From the NCBI GenBank assembly GCA_963752255.1, contig CAVVXT010000019.1, forward strand, positions 96,001-160,000: 64,000 nucleotides of DNA, in the 5' to 3' direction. The translations under genes and the position numbers were made by a program. Source of the stretch: Nitrososphaeria archaeon. GTDB taxonomy: Archaea > Thermoproteota > Nitrososphaeria > JACIWG01. The notes below the pieces were generated by a model. That model had not been told where the DNA came from and searched no databases. It worked only from the letters and a program-made list of their open reading frames with translations. This document shows positions 40,390 to 50,595 of this stretch, piece after piece (position 1 is the first letter of the stretch; each line of letters begins with the position of its first letter).

Positions 40390-41734
40390 AGACCTCGCAT
40401 ACTCCTTCGAGAAGCCACCTTCTCTTATCGGATAGTACTGTTTTCCCGACGTAAACCTTGTTCTCTTCCTTTAAATATCGTGTTATCTTCTTGGATACAC
40501 CAAACTTTGTCGGTTCTCTGATGATTTCCTTCAAAATCGAAGTTGTTGAATCTAAATGTCGGCCAACCAATGCACAAGCTTTGCCTTCTCCGTCCACCCA
40601 AATAAGTAGTGCATCTTTGCGGTTTTTTGAGAGAAAACTCTGCATGTTGTCCGTGTCAAAGACGGAAGGACCTTTTTTGATCTGGTATTTAGAAATAGCC
40701 ATCATCTGAAAAAGAAATATAAACGCGCTAGTCTTTTGGTCGTCGCTTACAGCGACAGACCTTATCACCTTGAAGTCGAATTTCTCAAAATGTTTGGTAA
40801 GGCTGCTGAGAGTGTGATTCAACATTCCCCATAGGATGTCAACGCTCATTTTTTCATGCTCGAACACTATCGTCAAGAGATTTCCTGCGAGTGGCAAGGT
40901 CAGCTGTTTTTTGGTTACTTTCTTTTTCTCTTCACTGAAAAAATCCACTGATGGATGCTTTAGGAAACTTCTTGATTCCAGTATAAATCTGGATAGAGTC
41001 GTTATATAAAGTGCTCTTCCCAAGTTTCTGTTTATGTCAATTGGATCTGTTACTATGATTTTATCGTCATGAAATCTATCCTTAACATATTCTAATTTAT
41101 CTGTTTCAGAAATTATTAGTGGTAAACGCCACCTTTGAGCATTTTTTATGAGATTTTCAAAGGTAGCGTAACGATATACTAAGACTTCACACATGTATCC
41201 GCTGAACCCTCCGATCTTTATTTCTGCACCGTACGTTTCCGATGCTTTCATAAACTTCTTAAGTATTCTGACTTCACTTTTTTGTTTTTGGCTCAGATTG
41301 TCGCGCATGAATTCAAGATGGTAGGGTGAACGATCAGCAGCGGTCAACCAGTTTCCTCGTTCAACACTATAGCATGGCACGATGTTGATGCGTGCTTTGT
41401 TGACATACGTCTCCACATAGGGGTGCTCCGCGTATCTGATGATCAAGTTGTCTTTCCCAAATGCTTCGCAAGAGATTTTGAAACTGTCATCTTCAAGATC
41501 CGATTTTGTGGCTTGCAGCGGATACCTTAGGAATATGTCTATGTCAGCCTTTCCAGGAAGCCATGTGTCACGCGCGTACGACCCTCCCATTATCACTTCA
41601 GGTTTGAATGGGCTCTGCTCCGCATGTTTTCTTACACTGTTTACTACTCGTCCAGCGATATCTCCAACTTCCTTGTATCGCTCAGGGGAAGGCGTCGTTA
41701 AGCTTCGAGCTTCCTCAATAATTTTGGAGAGCAA
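40358..41734 (-). CDS. cca: CCA-adding enzyme (archaeal class I)
   Basis: GGSYARDTWL..DIDIF, YAEHPY, AADRSPYH, YGAEIKIGGFSGY, DPID..RN. Confidence 0.95.
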   Translation of the reverse strand: MLSKIIEEARSLTTPSPERYKEVGDIAGRVVNSVRKHAEQSPFKPEVIMGGSYARDTWLPGKADIDIFLRYPLQATKSDLEDDSFKISCEAFGKDNLIIRYAEHPYVETYVNKARINIVPCYSVERGNWLTAADRSPYHLEFMRDNLSQKQKSEVRILKKFMKASETYGAEIKIGGFSGYMCEVLVYRYATFENLIKNAQRWRLPLIISETDKLEYVKDRFHDDKIIVTDPIDINRNLGRALYITTLSRFILESRSFLKHPSVDFFSEEKKKVTKKQLTLPLAGNLLTIVFEHEKMSVDILWGMLNHTLSSLTKHFEKFDFKVIRSVAVSDDQKTSAFIFLFQMMAISKYQIKKGPSVFDTDNMQSFLSKNRKDALLIWVDGEGKACALVGRHLDSTTSILKEIIREPTKFGVSKKITRYLKEENKVYVGKTVLSDKRRWLLEGVCEVFEPKEKNYFD

Positions 41735-41745
41735 GAGTATCCCTC

Positions 41746-42315
41746 CTATCCGACGATATGTAGGTCCGTATAAATCGGACCCTTAGGTGTGAGGACGCTT
41801 TTCTTAATCTTAAGCCTAGATACGGAATCTTCACCAAAGTTGGTGTCTTGAGATTTTCTGATGTATTCACCGAGTTCTAGCCTGTGAAGTCCACTTTTCA
41901 TCCTAAGTATTGTAAGATGTGGATCGAACCTGTTGTCGGCTGGAAATCCGGCATCGCTCAGTGCGGACTCTGTTTTTTTCCATAGGGAAACCATCGACTT
42001 CGACGACTCATCATCGACGCCTATCCATACAACGTTTATGTGGGAAAGTGAAGGGAAAGCGCCCATACCCCTGTAGGTTACTTTGAATGGATCAAACTTG
42101 ATGTGTGATAAAGCATCAACCATCCTATTAACCTTTGATTCTTCAATTTCTCCAAGAAACTTTATCGTAAAGTGCAGGTTCTCCGCTTCTACGGGCTTTG
42201 CATCTATTCCCAATGACAAAATCTGTCTCTGAGCTTCCATAATGTTTGCCTTGACCTGCTCATCTTCAAGATCTAATGCGATAAAGGTGCGTACTAAACT
42301 CATTCTACAAAGCAA
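41746..42315 (-). CDS. thpR: RNA 2',3'-cyclic phosphodiesterase (2H family)
   Basis: RTFIAL, LHFTIKFLG, PHLTI, KSVLTPKGPIY. Confidence 0.93.
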   Translation of the reverse strand: MLCRMSLVRTFIALDLEDEQVKANIMEAQRQILSLGIDAKPVEAENLHFTIKFLGEIEESKVNRMVDALSHIKFDPFKVTYRGMGAFPSLSHINVVWIGVDDESSKSMVSLWKKTESALSDAGFPADNRFDPHLTILRMKSGLHRLELGEYIRKSQDTNFGEDSVSRLKIKKSVLTPKGPIYTDLHIVG

Positions 42316-42374
42316 TATTATGCCACGTTGATAAATATTATCAAAATATATAATTTGGCTATGTAGAAAGGTGG

Positions 42375-42941
42375 ATGTGTGGTGAATTGAAGTTCATAAT
42401 CTGCTTAACCGGCCTGCCTGGCTCAGGCAAAACAACTGTCGCCCAGAAAATTGCTCAAATGGGCTTCTATTACATAAGTCTGGGCGACGTTGTTAGAGAG
42501 CTGACCAAGATAAGAGGGTTAGCGATTAACAGTGTAAACCTTGGTTCTGTTATGGTTGCCTTAAGGAAAGAAAACGGTCCGCAGGCAGTAGCCGAACTTT
42601 CTCTGAAGGTCTTTCCAAAGGATGGAGAATTGGTCGTAGTTGACGGAATAAGGAGCAATTATGAAGTAGATGCTTACAGGTCCATCTGTAAAGTTAGACT
42701 GTTAGCGATACATGCGTCTCCGCAAAGAAGATTTGAGTTCCTTGAGTTTAGGGATAGGAGTGATGCTCCGACATCACGAACAGACTTCGATCTACGGGAT
42801 AAGAGAGAGCTCGAGATAGGTGTAGGAAACGCCATCGCTCTAGCTGATGAGATAATATCAAACAATTCTTCTATGCGTGACTTGATTCAAAAAGCGAAGA
42901 GAATTGTTAAATTTTGGCTTGAAGAAGATGACTCTCGATGA
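42375..42941 (+). CDS. P-loop kinase, dephospho-CoA kinase-like (COG0237)
   Basis: GLPGSGKTT, LGDVVRE, DGIRS, RDKRELEIG. Confidence 0.85.
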   Translation: MCGELKFIICLTGLPGSGKTTVAQKIAQMGFYYISLGDVVRELTKIRGLAINSVNLGSVMVALRKENGPQAVAELSLKVFPKDGELVVVDGIRSNYEVDAYRSICKVRLLAIHASPQRRFEFLEFRDRSDAPTSRTDFDLRDKRELEIGVGNAIALADEIISNNSSMRDLIQKAKRIVKFWLEEDDSR

Positions 42942-43387
42942 TTCCGAAACTCGAAATAAAGATCAAAGTCCAGATTAGCGCGGTTTTGAACGCCTCAGAA
43001 GATGTGGGTAAGGTGAATGCTGCGATAAAGAATGTCGTCGGAAACGTTGAACCAAGCAACAGAGAGGAGACCGACAATCTCCTCGTATGGGAATTTGATA
43101 GCATAAACGCTCTCTACAACTTCTATAGCAAGATTAGGGAAAGAAAAATAACTGCAGCAGCAAGAAGATTAATAATCAAAAACAGTAGAAACGATTCCAC
43201 TTGGGTTTATTTGAATAGGCAGGCAGCGTCTGTGGGCAACATCGTTTTGTGCGATGATCCAGAAGAATCTCCGTTGGGTCCCTTAGTTTTAAGGTTCGAG
43301 AGCCCACTGTTGATGGAGGTAGTCGATTGGCTCACAGGGGAAAAGGAAATTAACGATGTGACAAAGGATTTGAGGAGACGTTTATGA
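42938..43387 (+). CDS. DUF54 RNA-binding domain protein
   Basis: SEDVGKV, LNRQAA, ESPLGP, VDWL. Confidence 0.85.
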   Translation: MIPKLEIKIKVQISAVLNASEDVGKVNAAIKNVVGNVEPSNREETDNLLVWEFDSINALYNFYSKIRERKITAAARRLIIKNSRNDSTWVYLNRQAASVGNIVLCDDPEESPLGPLVLRFESPLLMEVVDWLTGEKEINDVTKDLRRRL

Positions 43388-44175
43388 ACATAATTTCCCT
43401 TTCAACTCTTTTTATGTGGCCTCAACCTCTAAAGTTTGTTCTCAGCGAACTTTCCAAGAAGATAGATGGGGATGAGAGGCCAGACGCATGGGACCTCGTA
43501 GATGACAGGGACTATCGTTTCACAAAATATAATTTATCGAGGTATAGACAATTATCGGAGTCGGGTCTGAAGTTCACAGTACACGGACCTCTTTTCATAA
43601 CAAAGTACATCGACCGCGATAAAAGGGTTAGAGCCAAGTCCTTAAACGCGTTAAAGGATTCTATGCTCAACTCAGTTGAGCTATCTCCCCTAGCATATGT
43701 TTTCCATCCGGCTGCAATACCTAAAGGATTCACAAAGGAAGAAGTTAAGGTTGAGCATTACGAATTTCTAGAGCAGGTTAACGACTATTCAAAATCCATA
43801 GGCTTAAAAATTTTCATAGAAAACCACATCACTAACCTAGGCCAAATGTTTACGACGCCGGAAGAATTCCTAGAATTCTACGATAGAACCGGAACCGATC
43901 TAATGATGACGTTTGACGCGGGGCACGCTAACATAGACGGGGCGGCAAAGGCATTTATAGACAAGCTCTGTGAGAAGATCGGTGTCGTACACGTTCACGA
44001 CAACAATGGTACTTCGGACCAACATCTAGGCATAGGCAGAGGAAACATAAACTGGAATTATATCATTGGGAAACTTAAGGACTGCCGTTTTACTGGACCA
44101 TATATCGTAGAAAGCGTGCATGAACCCTTTGAAACCGTTCGCAATCTGAGGCTTCTCATAAATGGTAGATCTTAA
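43384..44175 (+). CDS. Sugar phosphate isomerase/epimerase (AP endonuclease 2 TIM barrel)
   Basis: VHGP, VFHP, IENH, FDAGHAN, HVHDNNG..DQHL. Confidence 0.85.
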   Translation: MNIISLSTLFMWPQPLKFVLSELSKKIDGDERPDAWDLVDDRDYRFTKYNLSRYRQLSESGLKFTVHGPLFITKYIDRDKRVRAKSLNALKDSMLNSVELSPLAYVFHPAAIPKGFTKEEVKVEHYEFLEQVNDYSKSIGLKIFIENHITNLGQMFTTPEEFLEFYDRTGTDLMMTFDAGHANIDGAAKAFIDKLCEKIGVVHVHDNNGTSDQHLGIGRGNINWNYIIGKLKDCRFTGPYIVESVHEPFETVRNLRLLINGRS

Positions 44176-45100
44176 GTGGTTCTTTCGAGTCCGGATAGGG
44201 TACTTCAATCACATCCAAATCCTCTGGTATGATGACGTTCTTGTAGTGTTTCAAAGCTTCACTTAGGAGAAATGAAGAGTCTTCATATCTGGCGCTCAAA
44301 TGTACGAGGGCAAGCATCTTAACGTTGGCTCCAAAAGCGATTTTAGCCGCGTCCGAGGAAGTTGAATGCATATTCTGTGCTGCTTTGTCAGCATCCTTAT
44401 CCGAGTATGTGGATTCAAAAACAAGCAAGTCGGCATTCTTAAAAAATTTGGACAATGATGAATGGGGACGCGTGTCTCCAGAGAACCCTAACATCCTTCC
44501 CGGTCTGGAAGGTCCAAGGATAGCCTCTGGTCTGATGATTTTCTTGTTTAGAGTGACCTTCTCACCAGATTGAATCCTATGCCACAGAGGCCCCTCCGGT
44601 ATCCCTAAGCTCTTGGCTTTTTGTACATTAAATCTCCCGGGTCTTGGCAACTCCTTGAAAAGGTAGCAGTATTCGTTAACGGGGTGCAATCCTTTTTTTG
44701 CGTAAACCTCGTATTCTTTTTCTTTGACGATCAACCCTTCTTTAACTTCCAAAATATTCACAGGATACTGAAGTTCAACTTTCAAATATTTTATCGTCGA
44801 GTTTATGAAGCCCTTAACCCCCTTAGGTCCATAAATATCCAAGGCCCTAGAGCGTTTCAGCATACTCATTGTCTGCATTAGACCGGTTAGCCCTCCTATG
44901 TGGTCTCCGTGAAGGTGAGTTATCAAAATCTTCATTCTTCTGCAGAATCCTATGCCCGCGATAACCATCTGTCTTTGTGCACCTTCACCGCAATCTACGA
45001 TTATGACCTCATCCTTTCTAAGAACCGCTATCGATGGAAAACTTCTGCTGGCTACAGGTACGGCCGACGACGTACCCAGAAAGACCACTTTAAGGCTCAA
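44156..45100 (-). CDS. rnz: Ribonuclease Z
   Basis: FLGTSS, DCGEGAQ, THLHGDH, GIPEGP exosite, SGDTRP, HST, HLSARY. Confidence 0.96.
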   Translation of the reverse strand: MSLKVVFLGTSSAVPVASRSFPSIAVLRKDEVIIVDCGEGAQRQMVIAGIGFCRRMKILITHLHGDHIGGLTGLMQTMSMLKRSRALDIYGPKGVKGFINSTIKYLKVELQYPVNILEVKEGLIVKEKEYEVYAKKGLHPVNEYCYLFKELPRPGRFNVQKAKSLGIPEGPLWHRIQSGEKVTLNKKIIRPEAILGPSRPGRMLGFSGDTRPHSSLSKFFKNADLLVFESTYSDKDADKAAQNMHSTSSDAAKIAFGANVKMLALVHLSARYEDSSFLLSEALKHYKNVIIPEDLDVIEVPYPDSKEPLKIYHL

Positions 45101-45106
45101 AGTCTT

Positions 45107-46018
45107 TCATCCTAACATTTTTAGGTGGTCAACAATTGCCTTAGAAGCGTCAACCCTGCTATACTCTGTCTGGATGGTATTTGTGGCAATAAGTTTTGTA
45201 ACACCCGCCTGCGTCATCTTTTCCATAGCTCCAGCGACAAGAACCGGATGAACACACACTGCAGCGATATCTTTAACGCCAAAATCACTTAGGACGTTTG
45301 CAGCCTTGGCGATGGTGCCCCCTGAGGATATCATGTCGTCAACGATGTATGCGGTTTTCCCTTCAAGACGCACCGACGGTGACCTAACCTTGATTCCGCC
45401 GGTTACACGGTCCCGTTCCTTTTCTAAGACGCAATAGGGTCTGTTGATAAACTTAGCAAAAGTCTCAACCCTTACAGAGCTACCAAAATCTGGGGAAACT
45501 ATGAAGGCATCGGAAATTTTCTCATTCTTACTTACATATTCCGCTAACAGAGAAATTGCAGAAGAACTAAAGGCAGGGAATGGGAAAAGACCCAATCCTT
45601 CGACGTTGTGAATGTCGATCGTAAGCAGCCTTTTGATGTTTACGTTTGACATCAGATGACCTACAACCCTCAAGCTCATGATTTCTCCTGAAATAAATTC
45701 TCGGTGCTGTCTGGAGTAACCTAAATATGGGGAAACGGCGTAGACGATTGCACCTGACTCTGATAGCTTTTTTGCAAGAAAAAGCATTTGCATAAGATGG
45801 TGGTCTACCGGGGGACTAAGAGACTGTACGAGGATTACTCTAAGGTCTTTCACCTCTGATATAAGCCTAAAATAGTTCTCACCATCAGCGAACTCCTTAA
45901 ACTCTACGTCGATGACATCGCAGTTCATTTGCTTGGCCATAGATCTCGCAAACTGTATCGACGCCGGACCAGGCAATATTGCGAAATTTCCTAGGCTCAT
46001 AGATAGCCCTATAAGCAA
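45107..46018 (-). CDS. prs: Ribose-phosphate pyrophosphokinase
   Basis: FADGE, PYLGYSRQ, SPDFG, IVDDMISSGGT, TNTI. Confidence 0.94.
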   Translation of the reverse strand: MLIGLSMSLGNFAILPGPASIQFARSMAKQMNCDVIDVEFKEFADGENYFRLISEVKDLRVILVQSLSPPVDHHLMQMLFLAKKLSESGAIVYAVSPYLGYSRQHREFISGEIMSLRVVGHLMSNVNIKRLLTIDIHNVEGLGLFPFPAFSSSAISLLAEYVSKNEKISDAFIVSPDFGSSVRVETFAKFINRPYCVLEKERDRVTGGIKVRSPSVRLEGKTAYIVDDMISSGGTIAKAANVLSDFGVKDIAAVCVHPVLVAGAMEKMTQAGVTKLIATNTIQTEYSRVDASKAIVDHLKMLG

Positions 46019-46044
46019 CTTTTGAACTAATTAAGTATTAGGGT

Positions 46045-47086
46045 ATGATAAGGGAAGCCGAGTGTTTCGAAAGAATAGAAGAAGATAAAGTAAAATGTTT
46101 TCTTTGCCCTCGAAAATGCACGATAAAACCTGAAAATACAGGCTTCTGCAGGGCGAGAGAGAACAGGAATGGAAAACTTTACACCCTAACATACGGTGAG
46201 ACATCCTCTCAAAATATGGAACCTGTTGAGAAGGGCCTGTTTCACTTTTATCCAGGAACTCAAACCCTATCCCTATCGACCTTTGGATGCAACTTTACGT
46301 GTCCATGGTGCCAGAACTATAAAATCTCACAGACTGCAGCCAAAAATCTTGTCACCTTCAAAACTAAACCTGAAGAAGTTGTTGGCATGGCAAAGGAGTA
46401 CGGAGCACAATCGGTAACGTACACATATAATGAACCGGTAATCTGGTACGAATTCATAAAAGATACCTCTAAGTTGAGTAAAAGCGAGAACGTAAAGAAC
46501 ATCCTAGGTAACAAACGGATATATAACAACAGACGCGCTTAAAGACTTCGTAGACTACATAGACGCAGTGAATGTGGATGTAAAGAGTTTCTCTGAAGAG
46601 TTCTATAGAAATTACTGTAGTAGTGAACTTGCTCCAGTTCTTGAGGCGGCAGAATATCTGGTTCAAAAGAATGTACACGTAGAATTAACCTATCTAATAA
46701 TTCCATTACTTAACGACTCACAGAAAGAGATAGGTAAATTCACGGATTGGGTGTTGAACCAACTTAAACCCAGCGTTCCGGTTCACTTTGCTAGATTCTT
46801 TCCCATCTACAAAATGATTGATAAGCCTCCAACACCTGCTGACACACTTATGGCAGCCGCAAACCTCGCCTACGGAAAGGGTCTTGAATACGTATACGTC
46901 AAAAACGTTTTCTTTGAGGGATTAGAAGACACCCATTGTCCAAGATGTCATACCGTCTTAATCACTAGATACGGATCAAATGTTATGGAAGTAAATCTAA
47001 CCGAGAAAAACGAGTGCCCAAGTTGCGGCCTAAAAATACCAATTGTAGGTAAACCGAGGATCCCCCTGTTTAAGGCTACTGATTAA
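46045..47086 (+). CDS. AmmeMemoRadiSam-type radical SAM enzyme, split by an extra G at 46507-46508
   Basis: CFLCPRKC, GCNFTCPWCQN, TYNEP. Removing one G restores NILVTNGYI...NVDVKS; C-terminal CPRC/CPSC. Confidence 0.9.
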
Positions 47087-47098
47087 GGAAATTGTTAC

Positions 47099-48247
47099 CT
47101 AAATTGGAATAACAGGTTCACCTTTGTCCATCACAAGCCTGCCATCGACGTAGAGACTTCCCTCGTCCATGAACTTTATCATATCAAGATGAGAAGACGC
47201 CCTATTTTTTCCATGATACGCTCCGATGTTGTTTCCAACTGCAATATGTACCGTACGGTAAATTTTTTCATCCACAATTATACTGCCGTTGGTGTATTTC
47301 GCCCCAGGATTGCAGCCGATTCCCAACTCTGCTATCCGATCCTTTTCACCGGAATTTGCGTCAAGGAATTTTACGAAATTTTCTAACCCTCGTTTTGCAG
47401 TGAAATCCACGATCTTACCCCTATCAAAAGTAAGCCAGAGACCCTTTACCCCTCCAAACTCTGTTACAGCAACGTCTTCGAAGTAGATCTTCCCGTTTGC
47501 AGAGTCTTCTATCGGGGCGACAAAAACCTCACCCGATGGTATGTTCAGTCCGACATCACCGTTTAGCCTGTCTTCGTCAGATATTATTCCATCGTCCACA
47601 AGAATCCTCCTACCCTTTATCCGGAAAGATAGATCCGTCCCATCGCCGGCTTTGATTTCTACGATATCATGTCCTAAAAGGGAGTCTTGATAATAGGTGC
47701 AGAGTCTCAACATCTTATTAGAAAAAGATTCCTTAAAGCTGTCAAAGAATATCTTCCTAAAACGCCTAACAGAAACCCCATAGCCTCTTGCTGCCCTCGG
47801 CAAGGGCCAACCAAAGTAGAGCCATCGAATCTTTCTATTGTCTATTGTCTCCCTGATCTGCTGCCTGACAGGTGCGTCAACTTTAAGTTTGTCAACAACA
47901 TCTTTTGACCAGTTTGGATCATCGCTTTCTCCTATGAATATGTTAACATCGATAGTCTCAACTAAAGCTTTGTTGAGAGGATTCATTTTCTTAAGCGAAT
48001 CCTCGGGTGCAGTCTGATAGTACAGTTTGCTCCTGCTGTTAGCCTGCTGTATAAGAACGGTGTAGGCGCCTATTCTCCAACACTCTTCTTCCACCAGCGT
48101 CGCCATCTTAAAACAGGTAGGATCGATAGGATTATAGATGATCCTTACCGACTCAAATGTGCCATCTAGCCTTTTGCCGACTTTAAGGCTTTTGTTAACT
48201 ATTTTTTCGGCTAAGGTCCTCAGTTCGGAATTTGAGATAGCACTCAT
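47099..48247 (-). CDS. Aminopeptidase, M29 (AmpS) family
   Basis: NIPSGEVFVAP, ELGIG, DEKI..TVHIAVG, HLDM. Confidence 0.9.
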   Translation of the reverse strand: MSAISNSELRTLAEKIVNKSLKVGKRLDGTFESVRIIYNPIDPTCFKMATLVEEECWRIGAYTVLIQQANSRSKLYYQTAPEDSLKKMNPLNKALVETIDVNIFIGESDDPNWSKDVVDKLKVDAPVRQQIRETIDNRKIRWLYFGWPLPRAARGYGVSVRRFRKIFFDSFKESFSNKMLRLCTYYQDSLLGHDIVEIKAGDGTDLSFRIKGRRILVDDGIISDEDRLNGDVGLNIPSGEVFVAPIEDSANGKIYFEDVAVTEFGGVKGLWLTFDRGKIVDFTAKRGLENFVKFLDANSGEKDRIAELGIGCNPGAKYTNGSIIVDEKIYRTVHIAVGNNIGAYHGKNRASSHLDMIKFMDEGSLYVDGRLVMDKGEPVIPI

Positions 48248-48360
48248 AATCGGTTTTCAAAGCCGACTTGTTTAAAAGTATTTTCGAAAAAGTGCTTTCA
48301 CATTATATTAGGATAAACGTTATATAACTTCACATCACATGTGTTCTGGACAAGATTATA

Positions 48361-48696
48361 ATGGCCGAAGAAATCGTTAACTTTGACCCTTCAAACTTCA
48401 AGGAAGGGGTAAACGGTAAAGGCCATGTTTTAGTATATTTTTGGGCTCAGTGGTGCAACCCTTGCAAGCAAATGGCCCCAATTGTAGAGAAGCTAGCCCA
48501 GAAGTACAATGGCAAACTTACTGTGGGAAAAATGGATGCCGGAAAGTATTCAGAAATATTATCTAAATATTCGATATCGACGGTCCCAACTTTTATGCTC
48601 TTCGAAAACGGTATAATAATCGACTGCCTGATCGGAGCTGTCGGAGAAAGAGGGTTAGAAAATATGCTTAAAGATCATTCCATTAAAGCCGTTTAA
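48361..48696 (+). CDS. trxA: Thioredoxin
   Basis: FWAQWCNPCK, VPT. Confidence 0.92.
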   Translation: MAEEIVNFDPSNFKEGVNGKGHVLVYFWAQWCNPCKQMAPIVEKLAQKYNGKLTVGKMDAGKYSEILSKYSISTVPTFMLFENGIIIDCLIGAVGERGLENMLKDHSIKAV

Positions 48697-48703
48697 ACCC
48701 GAC

Positions 48704-49132
48704 TCAAAGATCCAAAAGAAACCTAATAACGAACTTCCCTTTAGCATCGTATATCTCCATTAAATGGTATGTCACCGCCTTGACTTCGAGTTTGGCCTTG
48801 TGCTTGCCTTCCAAGAACTTCTCACCCACACCTTTTGCGGTAAGAACGTACCCACTGTTAACCTTCACAATCTTTACCTCCAAAGAGTTAGGTAGGAATT
48901 CCTTTGTGGTAACTTTGACGAGAACCTGCTCCAAGAAGTTGTACAAAAGTGACTTTAAATCGAATCCTTCGACATCGAAGGTCTGCTCTGACACCCCACT
49001 TATCGAACTTAAGTCCACCATCAAGTCGACAACCGCCAGCCCAGCTCTGCTAAAGCACTCCTCCAAGCTTGCCCCAGTAACCTCAACAAGTGCGTCTGAG
49101 ACATGGTCAAGCATTTTATAGAATCGGGGCAT
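48704..49132 (-). CDS. Archease
   Basis: LDHVSD, EVKAVTYH, FLLDL; start set to ATG at 49132. Confidence 0.92.
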   Translation of the reverse strand: MPRFYKMLDHVSDALVEVTGASLEECFSRAGLAVVDLMVDLSSISGVSEQTFDVEGFDLKSLLYNFLEQVLVKVTTKEFLPNSLEVKIVKVNSGYVLTAKGVGEKFLEGKHKAKLEVKAVTYHLMEIYDAKGKFVIRFLLDL

Positions 49133-49203
49133 CGGATACCAAGATGGTGGAGACAATATTTATACTTAAATACTAAAGTGATGGAGACAGAAAAAGGCAT
49201 GAA

Positions 49204-49293
49204 GCCGGGATAGCAGAGTGGACCAATGCGCAGGCCTTGAGAGCCTGTCACTCCTTGTGGGTGGCGTGGGTTCAAATCCCACTCCCGGCGCCA
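49204..49293 (+). tRNA. tRNA-Ser(TGA), CCA encoded
   Basis: GCCGGGA/TCCCGGC acceptor, CAGGC-CTTGAGA-GCCTG anticodon arm, long variable arm, GTGGGTTCAAATCCCAC, G73-CCA. Confidence 0.95.
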
Positions 49294-49322
49294 TTTTACT
49301 AGTAAAACTTTTTACTAGTAAC
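49294..49322. repeat. Tandem TTTACTAGTAA palindromes immediately after tRNA-Ser
   Basis: TTTTACTAGTAAAA (49294-49307) then TTTTTACTAGTAAC (49309-49322). Confidence 0.7.
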
Positions 49323-49406
49323 ACTTAATAATGATATTTGAATGATACCTATAGTTTCCTAATCCTGGGGAGTGGCCATAGAGGACAATAAAAAAATCGT
49401 TTCATT

Positions 49407-50585
49407 TCATTGAAGCGGTTTGCCACACTCTGGACAGAACTTCGATGGGGAAGTAATCGCTGCGCCACAGTTCGGGCATGTCTTTCCCTGGCTCTGTTGA
49501 CCCACCTGAGCGCCGCAGTTTGGACAGAACTTTGCGCCAGCTTGAAGAGTAGAGCCGCATTGGGAGCAGAACAGACCTTTCTTTGTCTGGCTTGCTGGTT
49601 GTGCTTGGCTGGCCCCGCAGTTGGGACAGAAAGAGCTGGTTACTGGAATTAGTGTTCCACAGTTTGAGCAGGACTTTGTGAGAGGTTGCGCCATCCCGGC
49701 CGCCATTTGGCCGCCGACCGCATATCCCATGCCAGCACCTGCACCCAGTCCCACACCTATCCCTGCTCCCGCGCCAGCTGCTCCTGAGGGGTTCTTGGCT
49801 GCTTCGACCATTGCCTGTCCAGCTTGATATTGCATATAGTTCACACCCAGAACCTGTATCTGGGAGCGGGTGTCGATCGCATTCTGAACTTCGTCCGGAA
49901 GGCTAATTGTCAAGCCCGAAATCTTGTTTATCTCTACGCCATATTGCGCGAAGTTGTCGGGAGAAGTCGCGAGCACAACCTGTTCTATATTCGTGAGGTT
50001 TGCAGCTAGGTCGGTGACCTTTAGTCCCTGTGATTTCATCTTGCCAATCCCGTTGTATACAAGGATAACCATCTGCTCCTTCAGTCGTGATTCTACGTCA
50101 TCAGAGGTCTCGGCGTTGAAAGTGCCGACAAACTGGTTGATGAAGTTCTCAGGAGAGGAGACCCTCCATCTATATTCTCCAAAGACGCGGAGGTTGACGA
50201 TCCCGAAAGTCGGGTCCGTGAACTGGTACGGCTGTGTGCTGCCAAACTTGCCATCCATGTACCTCTTCTGTAGGTAGTAGACCTCGGCCTGCTGTACAAC
50301 GCCGGTGAAGAATTTAAGTAGATTCCCAACTATGGGCGCGTTGAAGTCAGTAAGCGCATATCTGTTTGGCTGATCGAAGTATGTCAGCACCTTACCGTCC
50401 CTGTAAAAGACCGCAATCTCATCCTCCCTTACGACTATGTTATCGTTCAACCTGATGTTCCTCGGAACCTTCCACATCACGTTATTCTGCTTGTACTGGT
50501 CCTCCCAGTTGACTGTTATTGAACCCACAACGCTGCCACCAGTTGGAGGTATATCGTTCGATTTCTTCCTGAATAAGCTACTCAC
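49407..50585 (-). CDS. SPFH domain protein with three C-terminal double Zn ribbons (YdjI-like)
   Basis: VVREDEIAVFYRDGK, LRVFGEY, AGAGAGIGVGLGAG linker, repeated CxxCG...FCPxCG. Confidence 0.88.
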   Translation of the reverse strand: MSSLFRKKSNDIPPTGGSVVGSITVNWEDQYKQNNVMWKVPRNIRLNDNIVVREDEIAVFYRDGKVLTYFDQPNRYALTDFNAPIVGNLLKFFTGVVQQAEVYYLQKRYMDGKFGSTQPYQFTDPTFGIVNLRVFGEYRWRVSSPENFINQFVGTFNAETSDDVESRLKEQMVILVYNGIGKMKSQGLKVTDLAANLTNIEQVVLATSPDNFAQYGVEINKISGLTISLPDEVQNAIDTRSQIQVLGVNYMQYQAGQAMVEAAKNPSGAAGAGAGIGVGLGAGAGMGYAVGGQMAAGMAQPLTKSCSNCGTLIPVTSSFCPNCGASQAQPASQTKKGLFCSQCGSTLQAGAKFCPNCGAQVGQQSQGKTCPNCGAAITSPSKFCPECGKPLQ

Positions 50586-50595
50586 TTCAATTCAC

